From a bacterium (GTDB lineage Bacteria > UBA8248), in NCBI GenBank assembly GCA_965204535.1, contig CBDBEV010000001.1, positions 2,304,001 through 2,368,000 on the forward strand: a stretch of DNA of 64,000 bases, read 5' to 3'. The position numbers and the translations under genes are program-made. Below the pieces are notes generated by a model that worked only from the letters and a program-made list of their open reading frames with translations, did not search any database and was not told where the DNA came from. Of this stretch, positions 55,518 to 64,000 are shown piece after piece; the stretch's first letter is position 1; each line of letters opens with the position of its first letter.

Positions 55518-57602
55518 ATGACCATCGGAAACGCCACCCTGCGCGGCGGCCAGACGCTGCTCCACGACGCCAGGATGTGGGGCCAGCTCGCGCGCTGGGG
55601 GATTTTTGGACTCGTCCTGACTGTCGTCCTGACGCCCGCGGTCAGCGTCTTCACGACGACGAGCGCGCACGAGTGGCGCGTCATTGGCCTGGGCACGCTG
55701 GCCGAGGCCAAGCTCGCCATCGGGTATTCCCCCGATTCGGGACAGGTGTACGAGTGGGGCGCGCGTGAGCGGACGATCGAGCGGATCGAGCTCATCGCAA
55801 GCGATCCCAGGATCGAGCGGATCAGGAGGCGCATGCTCGATACCATTTATTCGAAAACCTGGCTGGGCCTCTGGCTCGGCTTGGGCGGCGTCGCACTCTT
55901 CGCGTTCTTTTTCTGGCTCCTGGGCCGGCGCATGGCGAGGGCGCACAGGGTGCGCGGCGCGGAGATGACCTCGGCTCAGGCGCTCGGGAGGCGCGTGCAA
56001 CCCGTTTTCTCCCGCCTGGCGGAGAAGTTCTCTCCGGCGGCGCGCAAGTCCAGACCCCGCATCGCGGGCGTCCCCTGGCCCGAGCGCGCCGAGACCCAGC
56101 ACACCATCGTCTCGGGCACGACGGGTTCGGGCAAGACCGTCCTGATCTCGGACCTGGTCGCCCAGATCAGGGAACGCGGCGAGCGCTGCATCCTCTACGA
56201 CAAGATGGGGAGCTACACGCGGGCCTTCTACGACCCCGCCCGCGACGTCCTCATGAATCCCCTGGACGCCCGCGCGCCGCGGTGGTCGCCCTTCCTGGAA
56301 GCCAGGACGCCCAGGGATTTCGACACGATGGCCGCCGCCCTGATACCCCAGCAGAAGGACACGGTGGACCCCTTCTGGGTCACGGCCGCGCGGCAGCTGT
56401 TCGCGAACGGCGCGGGCGTCCTGTGGAAGCGCGGCGTGACGGAGAACCGGATACTCGTCGAGCACCTGCTCAAGACAGAGCTCACCTCCCTGGCCGAGGC
56501 CATGGAGGGCACGGTGGCGCAGTCCATCGTGGACCCCGAAAACCCCAAGACCGCGCTCTCGGTGCGCGCCATGCTGACCGCGCACCTGGGCGCGCTCGAA
56601 TGCCTGCCCGACTCAGGCAAGCCCTTTTCCATCCGCGAATGGGTGGAGCGCGAGGACGAGACCGGCTTCCTGTTCCTGACCTCGCGAGGCGACCAGCACG
56701 CGAGCCTCAGGGGCCTTATCTCGACCTGGCTCGAGATCGCGGTGAACGCGCTGTTGTCCCTCGGCCGGGACGATGAGCGCAGGATATGGATTGTGCTCGA
56801 CGAGCTTCCCACCCTGCACCAGGTGCCGAGCCTGCAACCCGGGCTCGCCGAATCGCGCCAGTTCGGGGGGTGCTTCGTCCTGGGGATCCAGGTGATATCG
56901 GCTCTTCGCGATCTCTACGGGAGGAACGGCGCCGAGACCGTATCGGGCCTCTGCGGCACCCGGGTGGTGCTGGCGGCGCCCGACCAGGAGACGGCGCGCT
57001 GGTCGGCCGAGAGCCTCGGCCGCGGCGAGGTAACAGAATACGCGGAGGGGCTGAGCTACGGGGCGAGCGCCATGCGCGACGGCGTCTCGCTGACGCAGCG
57101 CCGCGAGATGCGGCCCCTGGCGCTGCCTTCGGAGATCATGCGCCTCGAGAATCTGCACGGCTACCTCAAGTTCCCCGGTCCCTGGCCGGTGGCGCGGGTC
57201 GAGCTCGACTACGTGAAAAGGCCCGGGGCGGCCGAGAGCTTCATACCGAGGGAGAATTTGCCGGACCTGGGAGCGAAAAGCGCCGAGACCGAACCCTCTC
57301 ATACCGCGAAAACGCACGCGTCCGGGAGGGCGACTGAATCCGGCGAGGCGGCGAATCGGCGGGAACCCGAATCGCCCGGCGATACGACCGCGAACGGTGG
57401 GGCGGAAGACGGGTGTGAACGACCCGCTCCGCCGCCGGACTCAGACCTGGCGGGGCCCGAGCAGGCCCCCGAAACAACCGGGCCGCCGCAATCCGTGGTC
57501 CACTCCGCGGATGGGGATGACGCCGGTGCGGCCGATGACGATGAGCAAAACCGGGGCGAAGACGGCGAAGAGGCCGGGTCCCGCACGCCGGACTGGTTGT
57601 GA
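55518..57602 (+). CDS. traD: Type IV coupling protein (TraD/TrwB family)
   Basis: Two N-terminal TM segments, RGGQ, Walker A GTTGSGKT, NPLDAR, DPFW, Walker B VLDE, acidic tail. Confidence 0.92.
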   Translation: MTIGNATLRGGQTLLHDARMWGQLARWGIFGLVLTVVLTPAVSVFTTTSAHEWRVIGLGTLAEAKLAIGYSPDSGQVYEWGARERTIERIELIASDPRIERIRRRMLDTIYSKTWLGLWLGLGGVALFAFFFWLLGRRMARAHRVRGAEMTSAQALGRRVQPVFSRLAEKFSPAARKSRPRIAGVPWPERAETQHTIVSGTTGSGKTVLISDLVAQIRERGERCILYDKMGSYTRAFYDPARDVLMNPLDARAPRWSPFLEARTPRDFDTMAAALIPQQKDTVDPFWVTAARQLFANGAGVLWKRGVTENRILVEHLLKTELTSLAEAMEGTVAQSIVDPENPKTALSVRAMLTAHLGALECLPDSGKPFSIREWVEREDETGFLFLTSRGDQHASLRGLISTWLEIAVNALLSLGRDDERRIWIVLDELPTLHQVPSLQPGLAESRQFGGCFVLGIQVISALRDLYGRNGAETVSGLCGTRVVLAAPDQETARWSAESLGRGEVTEYAEGLSYGASAMRDGVSLTQRREMRPLALPSEIMRLENLHGYLKFPGPWPVARVELDYVKRPGAAESFIPRENLPDLGAKSAETEPSHTAKTHASGRATESGEAANRREPESPGDTTANGGAEDGCERPAPPPDSDLAGPEQAPETTGPPQSVVHSADGDDAGAADDDEQNRGEDGEEAGSRTPDWL

Positions 57603-60403
57603 TGGTCGTCTCGATCGGCGCCGTCGCCGCCCCCGCCCAGGGCGCCTCCTACTACGAGCGCGACGGCTATTACGCCAAGGACGATCCTGCCCACAGGGAG
57701 GTGAGCGCATGGGCCGGGAGGGGAGCGGAAGACCTCGGCCTCACGGGCACGGTCGACCCGGAAGTCTTCAAGGCGGTGCTCGAAGGCGAAGTGCCCGACG
57801 GTTCGGGGAGAAGGCTCGGTCGCAGGCGCAAGGACGGCGTCCTGGAGCACCGTCCCGGACGCGACCTCACCTTCTCGGCGCCCAAGTCCGTCTCGCTCGC
57901 CGCGCTGGTGGGCGGCGACGCCCGCGTCGTCGAGGCCCATGACCGGGCCGTCGAACGCACCCTCGCCTGGGTCGAGGGCCACGCCGCCGAGACCAGGATG
58001 AAGGACCCGGAGACGGGACGCATGGTCCGGGCCGGGGATCAGAAAACGGTGGCCGCGACCTTCCGCCACGATGCCTCGCGCAACCTCGACCCCCAGCTTC
58101 ACACCCACGCGGTGCTGGCCAACATGGTCCGGGGTCCGGACGGCAAGTGGAGGACGATGTCCAACGAGGCGCTCTACCGCCGCCAGAAGCTGATCGGCAT
58201 GCTCTACAGGAGCGAACTGGCGCAGGGACTGGGGAAGCTGGGCTACGGGATAGAGAAGACGCACGCCGACGGTCGGTTCGAGGTCGCCGGCGTCCGCCGC
58301 GAGGTGATCGAGGCGTTCTCGACCCGGCGGGCGGAGATCGAGGCCGCGATGGCCGAGCGGGGCCTGGGAACGACGGCGGAGAATCAGCGCATCGCCGAGC
58401 GCGCGGCGCTCATGACCCGCGCCCGCAAGCGTGACGTGGACAAGTCCGCGCTCAGGGGCATATGGGAGAAACAGGCCACGGACCTCGGATTCGACGCCAG
58501 GGCCCATGCAGCCGAAGCGACCTCAAGGGTCGCCGGCATTGAAGGCAAAGGAGAGGCCCGGGAGACCAGTCCGGCCAAAGAGGCCGTGGAGTGGGCCGTG
58601 GCGCATCTCGCGGAGCGCGAGGCCGTGTTCGCCCGTGCCGACGCTCTCGCCGCCGCGCTGGCCTGGCGGCCGGGCGCGGTGTCCGTCGAGGCGGCGGAGA
58701 GGGCGCTGGGCGATCTCGAAAGAGGGGGACGGCTTCACCCCGCGCCGGGGCTGCACGGGAGGGACGACCTGGCGACCGACAAGGCGCTCGCGGACGAGCG
58801 CGAGACGATCGGGCTGATGCGGGGCGGCCAGGGCCGGGGCCGGGTGGCGATGCGCAGCTGGATCGTGCAGGCGCATCTGCACAAGGGAGCGCTGACGCAG
58901 GGCCAGAGGGAAGCGGTCAAGCTCATCCTCTCGGCCAGGGACCGCGTCGTCGGCGTGCAGGGCTATGCCGGGACCGGCAAGACCACGATGCTCAACCGCG
59001 CCCGCGTGTTACTGGAAAAACGCGGGTTCGAGGTCAAGGGCCTTGCGCCCTCGGCCTCGGCGGTGAAGACGCTCGGGACCGAAGCCGGGATCGAGAGCGA
59101 GACCTTGCAGCGCTTTTTGGCGCGCCATGCCGGCGTTGCCGGGGAAAGGCTCACCAGAAAGGCCGAGCGACGGATGCGCACGGCCTGGGGCAAGACGGTG
59201 CTCGTGGTGGACGAGGGGTCCCTCGCCTCCACCCTGCAGGCCCGAGACCTCCTGCGGGTCGCCCGCGCCCTGCGCATCCCCAGGGTCGTGCTGGTGGGCG
59301 ATGAGAAACAACTCGGCGCCGTGGACGCCGGCAAGCCCTTCGCGCAACTCCAGCAAGCCGGCATGAAGACCGCCGTGATGGACGATATCCTGCGCCAGCG
59401 CGACCCGGACCTCAAGGCCGCGGTCGAGGCGAGCCTTGCCGGCGAGATCGGCCGCGCGTTTGAGAAGCTCGGGTCGAACGTCGCTCAGGTGAAGGCCGAC
59501 AACATCGCGGGCGCGGTGGCGGCGCGCTGGCTCGCGCTCTCGCCCGAGGCGCGCGAGAACACCGGCGTCATGGCGCCCAGTCATGAACTTCGCCAAAAGA
59601 TCAACGCCCATATACGCGAGCGTCTCTCGCGCGAGGGCAGTATCCACGGCCCCGCCTACCGGGGGGAGCGGCTCGTCTCCCGCGGTTATACGAACCCCGA
59701 GAAATCGCTCGCCGCGAATTACGCCCCGGGTGACGTCGTGGCCTTCCACCGCCCCTACAAGCGCCTGGGTGTGGAGAAGAGCGACGAACTCCGCGTATCG
59801 GGCGTGGATCACGAGAACCGGACGGTGGCGCTCGAAGGCAAGGACGGCGGGCGCGTCTTGTGGAAACCCGGGCGGATCGCCGGGCGGACGGGCGGCGCCG
59901 AGGTCTACCGGGCCGAAGAGGTCGAGCTTCGCGCCGGCGACCGTATCCGCTGGACCCGCAATGACAGGAAATTCGAGCTGGTCAACAGCCGGACCGCTGA
60001 GGTGATAGGCGTGAGGGACGACCGCGTGAGCTTCCGCCTTGAAGACGGGCGCAGGCTTGAACTCAGGCAAGACGACCCCCAGCTGCGCCACCTCGACCAT
60101 GCCTGGGCATCAACCGTGCACGCCTTCCAGGGCCGGACCGTCGACAACGTGATCGCCGCGATGCAGGCCAACCACCCGCACCTCACCACGCAGAAGAGCT
60201 TCTACGTGGAGATCAGCCGCGCCCGCGACCGGGCGGAACTCGTGACCGACGACGCAAAGGCGTTACGCGAGCGGCTCGAAACGGCCACGGGCGAACGGGT
60301 ATCGGCGCTCGAGGGGATCGGGGAAACTGTACGGGAAGTACCAGCGAAAGAGGGACGAACGACGGATCGCGAGAAGCAGACCGAGCGAGACCTCAGTTTA
60401 TGA
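57599..60403 (+). CDS. trwC: MOBF relaxase-helicase (TrwC/TraI family)
   Basis: YYERDGYY tyrosines, DLTFSAPKSVS, HDASRNLDPQLHTH, helicase GYAGTGKTT, DE, HAFQGRT, YVEISRAR. Confidence 0.93.
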   Translation: MMVVSIGAVAAPAQGASYYERDGYYAKDDPAHREVSAWAGRGAEDLGLTGTVDPEVFKAVLEGEVPDGSGRRLGRRRKDGVLEHRPGRDLTFSAPKSVSLAALVGGDARVVEAHDRAVERTLAWVEGHAAETRMKDPETGRMVRAGDQKTVAATFRHDASRNLDPQLHTHAVLANMVRGPDGKWRTMSNEALYRRQKLIGMLYRSELAQGLGKLGYGIEKTHADGRFEVAGVRREVIEAFSTRRAEIEAAMAERGLGTTAENQRIAERAALMTRARKRDVDKSALRGIWEKQATDLGFDARAHAAEATSRVAGIEGKGEARETSPAKEAVEWAVAHLAEREAVFARADALAAALAWRPGAVSVEAAERALGDLERGGRLHPAPGLHGRDDLATDKALADERETIGLMRGGQGRGRVAMRSWIVQAHLHKGALTQGQREAVKLILSARDRVVGVQGYAGTGKTTMLNRARVLLEKRGFEVKGLAPSASAVKTLGTEAGIESETLQRFLARHAGVAGERLTRKAERRMRTAWGKTVLVVDEGSLASTLQARDLLRVARALRIPRVVLVGDEKQLGAVDAGKPFAQLQQAGMKTAVMDDILRQRDPDLKAAVEASLAGEIGRAFEKLGSNVAQVKADNIAGAVAARWLALSPEARENTGVMAPSHELRQKINAHIRERLSREGSIHGPAYRGERLVSRGYTNPEKSLAANYAPGDVVAFHRPYKRLGVEKSDELRVSGVDHENRTVALEGKDGGRVLWKPGRIAGRTGGAEVYRAEEVELRAGDRIRWTRNDRKFELVNSRTAEVIGVRDDRVSFRLEDGRRLELRQDDPQLRHLDHAWASTVHAFQGRTVDNVIAAMQANHPHLTTQKSFYVEISRARDRAELVTDDAKALRERLETATGERVSALEGIGETVREVPAKEGRTTDREKQTERDLSL

Positions 60404-60961
60404 TTACTAGCTCTCATCGGAGACAGGTGGGAGCGAATGGACTACACGATAGCAGATTTATTGTGATGCCTTTTCGGGCCGTGCCAGATAGTAGCTGTCG
60501 ACCGGTTCCTAGATGGGAAAAACTGAACCTGTTTCGCTCAAACTAGGTGTTCGGAACGTGTGAGCTAAATGATGCGGCTGCCAAGCAGCGAGAGTAATAA
60601 CCCTCGCTATCGGATACAAAGCCGAGCTGCCGCCAAATTCGACAGAAGTCTAGAAAACAAGCCACTTCGAAAATGTCGAAAAAGTTTTGCTGTTAGATGA
60701 GTCGACCCATACGCTAAATAGAGTGTCGCCACCCGATTCGCCTCGACCGTCTGAGATTGTCACGATGACAAACCGACCCGATAGGGTGCCTGGACAGAAG
60801 CCGGAATGCGGTGCGGGAGAATCTGCCGAACGCTCCGGTATCAACTGGCTGTAAGCGTGTTTGCTATCGTGGAATACCGACACAACGATTCGCAACAACT
60901 CATAATTATTGCATCTTCGGCCAAGTTGACCAATACTATTGCTACTGCTGTCGGGGAGGGA

Positions 60962-61140
60962 ATGCATATCCTGAGCGGCAAGTACGAAAAGTATGGTTAT
61001 GGGCGGCTGGTCAATATCGCCCGAGTTGTCGCTGTGATAGTGACCAAACAAGAGCGACCGATCATTGTCGTTCTGTAGCTGGAGAAATATGATCGACTGA
61101 ATTCGCAGGATATTCGTGAAGACCCCCGGACGATGCGGAA
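60962..61140 (+). pseudogene. Degenerate Phd/YefM antitoxin
   Basis: GGAGG RBS; MHILSGKYEKYGYGRLVNIAR..V.VTKQERPIIVVL*LEKYDRL with internal TAG at 61076-61078. Confidence 0.6.
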
Positions 61141-61348
61141 CGCAATGGCCGCACAGAAGGCGGCCGAGTCTGGAAAGTCGGAGTCGACGAGATCGAGGCG
61201 CACGAATACAATCTCGATATTAGAAACCTGCATACGACGGAGCCGGAACCCATAGAAACTGCTGAAGGAACTGGCCACAGTCGAAGCGGAAGTGACATTG
61301 GCAAGGGATTAATTGAAAAACACGCTGGCGGAAGGGCTATTGCGATGA
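61141..61348 (+). pseudogene. 3' remnant of type I restriction-modification methyltransferase (hsdM)
   Basis: VWKVGVDEIEAHEYNLDIRN, then after a frameshift LLKELATVEAEVTLARD*LKNTLAEGLLR*; matches my recollection of EcoEI-type HsdM C-termini (YNLDIKNP...LRDQLK..LAEAL). Confidence 0.6.
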
Positions 61349-61393
61349 CTTCGGGGAACTGCACCATTCATCCACGACGGAGGAGAACTGAGC

Positions 61394-61705
61394 ATGCACG
61401 CAGCCATTGCTGACAAACGCGATGAACTCGTAGCACTCTGTCGGCAATATCAGGTCGCTCGGCTTGAGGTCTTCGGCTCGGCGGCAAGGGGCACAGACTT
61501 CGACCCGGTATCCAGCGACGCCGACTTCCTGGTGGAATTCAGACTCCACGACGACCGGAAACCGCTCCAACAATACTTCGGCTTTTCCGAAGCGTTACGC
61601 CAGACGCTGGGCCGTCCGGTCGATTTGGTCGAAGCAGGGGCGATCCGCAACCCGTATCTTCGAGCGGCCATCGACAAGTCACGCGAGCTTGTCTATGCAG
61701 CGTGA
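61394..61705 (+). CDS. Minimal nucleotidyltransferase (MNT) antitoxin
   Basis: VFGSAARG...SDADFLVEF...GRPVDLV...IRNPY. Confidence 0.9.
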   Translation: MHAAIADKRDELVALCRQYQVARLEVFGSAARGTDFDPVSSDADFLVEFRLHDDRKPLQQYFGFSEALRQTLGRPVDLVEAGAIRNPYLRAAIDKSRELVYAA

Positions 61706-62051
61706 CCCAAGCGTCCTGCTGGCGGATGTGGATCAGGCCGCTGAGCACATTGTGCACTTCACTGAAAGCATGCATCGCGAGGCCTATCTAGCCGACGCGC
61801 GAACGCAAGCCGCCGTCGAACGCAAGTTCGAGATCATCGGCGAGGCGCTCAATTCCCTGTCTAAGGTCTCGCCCGAGATTGCCGAACGGATTCCCACCAT
61901 GCGTGTGGTCGTCGACTTCCGCAACGTGTTGATCCATGGCTATGCTGTCGTGATGCCCGAACGCGTCTGGGATTACGTCGTTAACGACTTGCCGGAACTG
62001 CATCGGATCATAAAGGTGCTGCTTTCTGAGATGGATCCGCCAGATGTATGA
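61695..62051 (+). CDS. HEPN (DUF86/HepT-like) RNase toxin
   Basis: AVERKFEIIGEA...FRNVLIHGY (RX4H-X-Y); overlaps the MNT gene. Confidence 0.9.
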   Translation: MQRDPSVLLADVDQAAEHIVHFTESMHREAYLADARTQAAVERKFEIIGEALNSLSKVSPEIAERIPTMRVVVDFRNVLIHGYAVVMPERVWDYVVNDLPELHRIIKVLLSEMDPPDV

Positions 62052-62208
62052 ACACTGGGCGGTTGCGCACGAGATGCCCTGCAACATGGAGCCGTCCGAA
62101 TTGAGATACACTAAGACTCGCATCCTGAGCGACCAAGCCGGCACGGGAAGCCAAAGCTCGAATCAGTCCACTGTTGTGTCCGCCCGCTCCCTGTTACGGT
62201 ATTTGCTC

Positions 62209-62610
62209 TACCTGACTGGAGTGCAGGCCCTTCTCGCCACTATCCTGTACAATCGCCTGCTCGACGCCTTTCTGGATGTATCATCCTGCTCACTGCAGAT
62301 CCACCTGTGCACCACCATCAAGTCAATCGGCCAGACCGAGGTCGACGAGATTTACGTCGCAGTTGACAGCAACGGCAGACAGTTCGTACTACCTGTCCAG
62401 GCCCAAGGCGGTAGCGACGAGTTCTCCGTCGTCCGGTTCCAACAGCACCTCCTGTGGTGCCGCAAGCGACTTCCAGACATGATCTACCGCCCCATCCTGA
62501 CGCAGTTTGCCGTAGACGACCTGATCGCGATGTTCGAGATGACGACAAACCACGGCGAGTTCAAGATGGTGCAGGAGAAGCACTGCCGTCTCGTCCCATC
62601 GGCGGAGGTC
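62209..62610 (+). pseudogene. C-terminal remnant of a PD-(D/E)xK restriction-endonuclease-like gene
   Basis: QALLA...YNRLLD.FL...SLQ.HL.TT...GQ.EVDEIYV...PVQAQGGSD; the expected QAK lysine reads Q and the N-terminal half is absent (inside ORF 62044-62751). Confidence 0.55.
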
Positions 62611-62747
62611 ATTCCCGGGATCTGTTTTGTTTTCGCAACGCCGCCTGAGAAAATCGAGAAGGCACATGGAATCGCATCTTCAAACCTCTTTGTCCCTACT
62701 TCTGCTCGATTCTGCCTTCGGCCATTTCCATCCGAGCCAGTTGCCGC

Positions 62748-63650
62748 ATGAGCGAAACTGACCGAATCCGGCTGAAGTACGAGGATGACCGTCTTCTCGA
62801 CCGCCTCAATTCGCTCGACGATGTAAACCGGTTCGTACTCACTTTCTGCAGGGACGTGACCCGGATATTTCGCATGGTCACGCTACAACGCAACCCAAGT
62901 CGAAACCCCGATGGTTACGGCCTTGCTGACGCGCCGATCGTCGGTCTCCTGACTCGTGTCGCGAAGTTGTTCGAGCTAGTCACCAGATTCTACGAAATCA
63001 ACAATGGTGATTACCTTAACGTGTTTTCTCGTCCGCTGATCGAGTCGGCAATCGTCGCTACCTATCTCTTGCAAATGGGAGACGACGCTGTAGAGGACTT
63101 CCGAAGGTGCTCGTACAAGGACACGCTCAGGATACTGCGTGACCAGGAAAGCGGATCCGAGTTCTTTGGTAGCCCTGCGGGTCAGCGCGTTCTACGATCC
63201 GCCATTGAGGGCCTCGCTATCGAGGGGCTGTCCAAAGAGAGCTTCTCCGTGCAGAAGCGAAATCGTTGGCGCCTCCAAGGAAAGTCGCTATACGACATCT
63301 TTGGCCAAGTGGCTAGCCCAGCTGAATATCCGTTCGTCTACGGTATGATGTCCGAATCCATACACGGTTCGTGGAACGAATCCATGGATTGGTGTCTTTC
63401 GCGAAACGACGACGGTACCTTCTCCGCATTCGCTCTGTACCATGACGTTGACGCCAGGACAATCCTGCCCTTGATCCGATACGCGACGCCCCCGTACGTC
63501 CTATGGTTCGAGAGAATCCAGTTGCAGGACGATTCCTTACTCGAGGTTCTCTATCGGCTCCAAGACTACGGCCGTGCGATCTACTTCAAGTTCGACGAAC
63601 TCTATGACGGCCCTGCTGCTGGGGGTTCTGCAGCCCCCGCCACGAACTAA
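62748..63650 (+). CDS. DUF5677-like protein (putative HEPN-related)
   Basis: RPLIE motif and Y...SESIHGSW motif; 300 aa, predicted helical. Confidence 0.7.
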   Translation: MSETDRIRLKYEDDRLLDRLNSLDDVNRFVLTFCRDVTRIFRMVTLQRNPSRNPDGYGLADAPIVGLLTRVAKLFELVTRFYEINNGDYLNVFSRPLIESAIVATYLLQMGDDAVEDFRRCSYKDTLRILRDQESGSEFFGSPAGQRVLRSAIEGLAIEGLSKESFSVQKRNRWRLQGKSLYDIFGQVASPAEYPFVYGMMSESIHGSWNESMDWCLSRNDDGTFSAFALYHDVDARTILPLIRYATPPYVLWFERIQLQDDSLLEVLYRLQDYGRAIYFKFDELYDGPAAGGSAAPATN

Positions 63651-63685
63651 GCTACATAGTTCTTCAAAGTGGGCCACGCAAACAC

Positions 63686-64000
63686 ATGAGCATGGACGAG
63701 ATACAGGACATCCTCGCTAAATACGACCGTGACTACCGTGCGCGGCTCCTTGCCTCCACGCCGGAGGCGGACCAACTGACGCTGACCTTTTACGAGGATG
63801 TCGCGGAGATTCTCGACGTCCTCTCCCGCCTGAAGAACATCGAAAGGAACCCGACGGGCTTCTCTATCGACGATGCCACGATACTCGGCCTGCTCGTCCG
63901 CACGTGGAAACTACTGAAACTCATCCTCTGGATCTACAGGGAGGACAGCGCGGAGTTCGCGGCCATCGCCGAACGATCGCTCATCGAGGTGGCCGTCACT
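63686..64000 (+). CDS. Second DUF5677-like paralogue, 5' part (runs off the right edge; not in ORF track)
   Basis: Manual translation MSMDEIQDILAKYD...LTFYEDVAEI...ERNPTGFSIDDATILGLLVRTWKL...ERSLIE aligns by eye with the upstream gene (LTFCRDV...RNPDGYGLADAPIVGLLTRVAKL...RPLIE). Confidence 0.75.
   Translation, partial: MSMDEIQDILAKYDRDYRARLLASTPEADQLTLTFYEDVAEILDVLSRLKNIERNPTGFSIDDATILGLLVRTWKLLKLILWIYREDSAEFAAIAERSLIEVAVT

Larger units (their letters stand above)
52405..64000 (+). mobile_element. Integrative mobilisable element / genomic island (right end outside the window)
   Basis: Two integrases, a coupling protein and a MOBF relaxase, followed by defence/TA cargo; no mating-pair genes in the window; left boundary approximate. 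Confidence 0.75.

Noticed and set aside
52897-60100. Long minus-strand ORFs (335, 363, 402 and 363 aa) opposite the integrases, traD and trwC
   Set aside because: GC-rich antisense shadows of well-supported plus-strand genes.
61076-61078. In-frame TAG in the phd-like gene as pyrrolysine or programmed readthrough
   Set aside because: Not at a catalytic position, and neighbouring remnants carry further stops and frameshifts, so decay is simpler.

Overview
Bacterial chromosomal window with three parts. (1) 1-7100, high GC: the 5' part of an amidase, a large Calx-beta autotransporter, and two dense mosaics of palindromic repeats (GTAG-type REP doublets, C6/G6-tract inverted-repeat elements). (2) About 7100-52300, visibly lower GC in its middle: mostly metabolic and housekeeping genes (nadA, nadC, tupABC, dnaN, thrC, tsaC, purE, PTPS, MATE pair). 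Its first 12 kb is the most striking locus: four tandem paralogues of an uncharacterised ~340-aa protein, an orphan xanthine-dehydrogenase-family molybdoprotein, and two selenoprotein genes that the ORF track splits or truncates at in-frame TGA codons. These are a UGSC-motif protein (GG-U-GSCTLC) resembling the catalytic segment of glycine-reductase selenoprotein B, and an O6-alkylguanine-DNA alkyltransferase with P-U-HRV in place of PCHRV; each TGA is followed by a SECIS-like hairpin. (3) 52400-64000: a probable integrative mobilisable element with two tandem tyrosine integrases, a candidate oriT, a TraD/TrwB coupling protein, a TrwC (MOBF) relaxase, decayed restriction-modification remnants, an MNT-HEPN toxin-antitoxin pair and two tandem DUF5677-like genes. 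I found no rRNA, tRNA or CRISPR array. Family calls come from motif recognition by eye; no searches were run.
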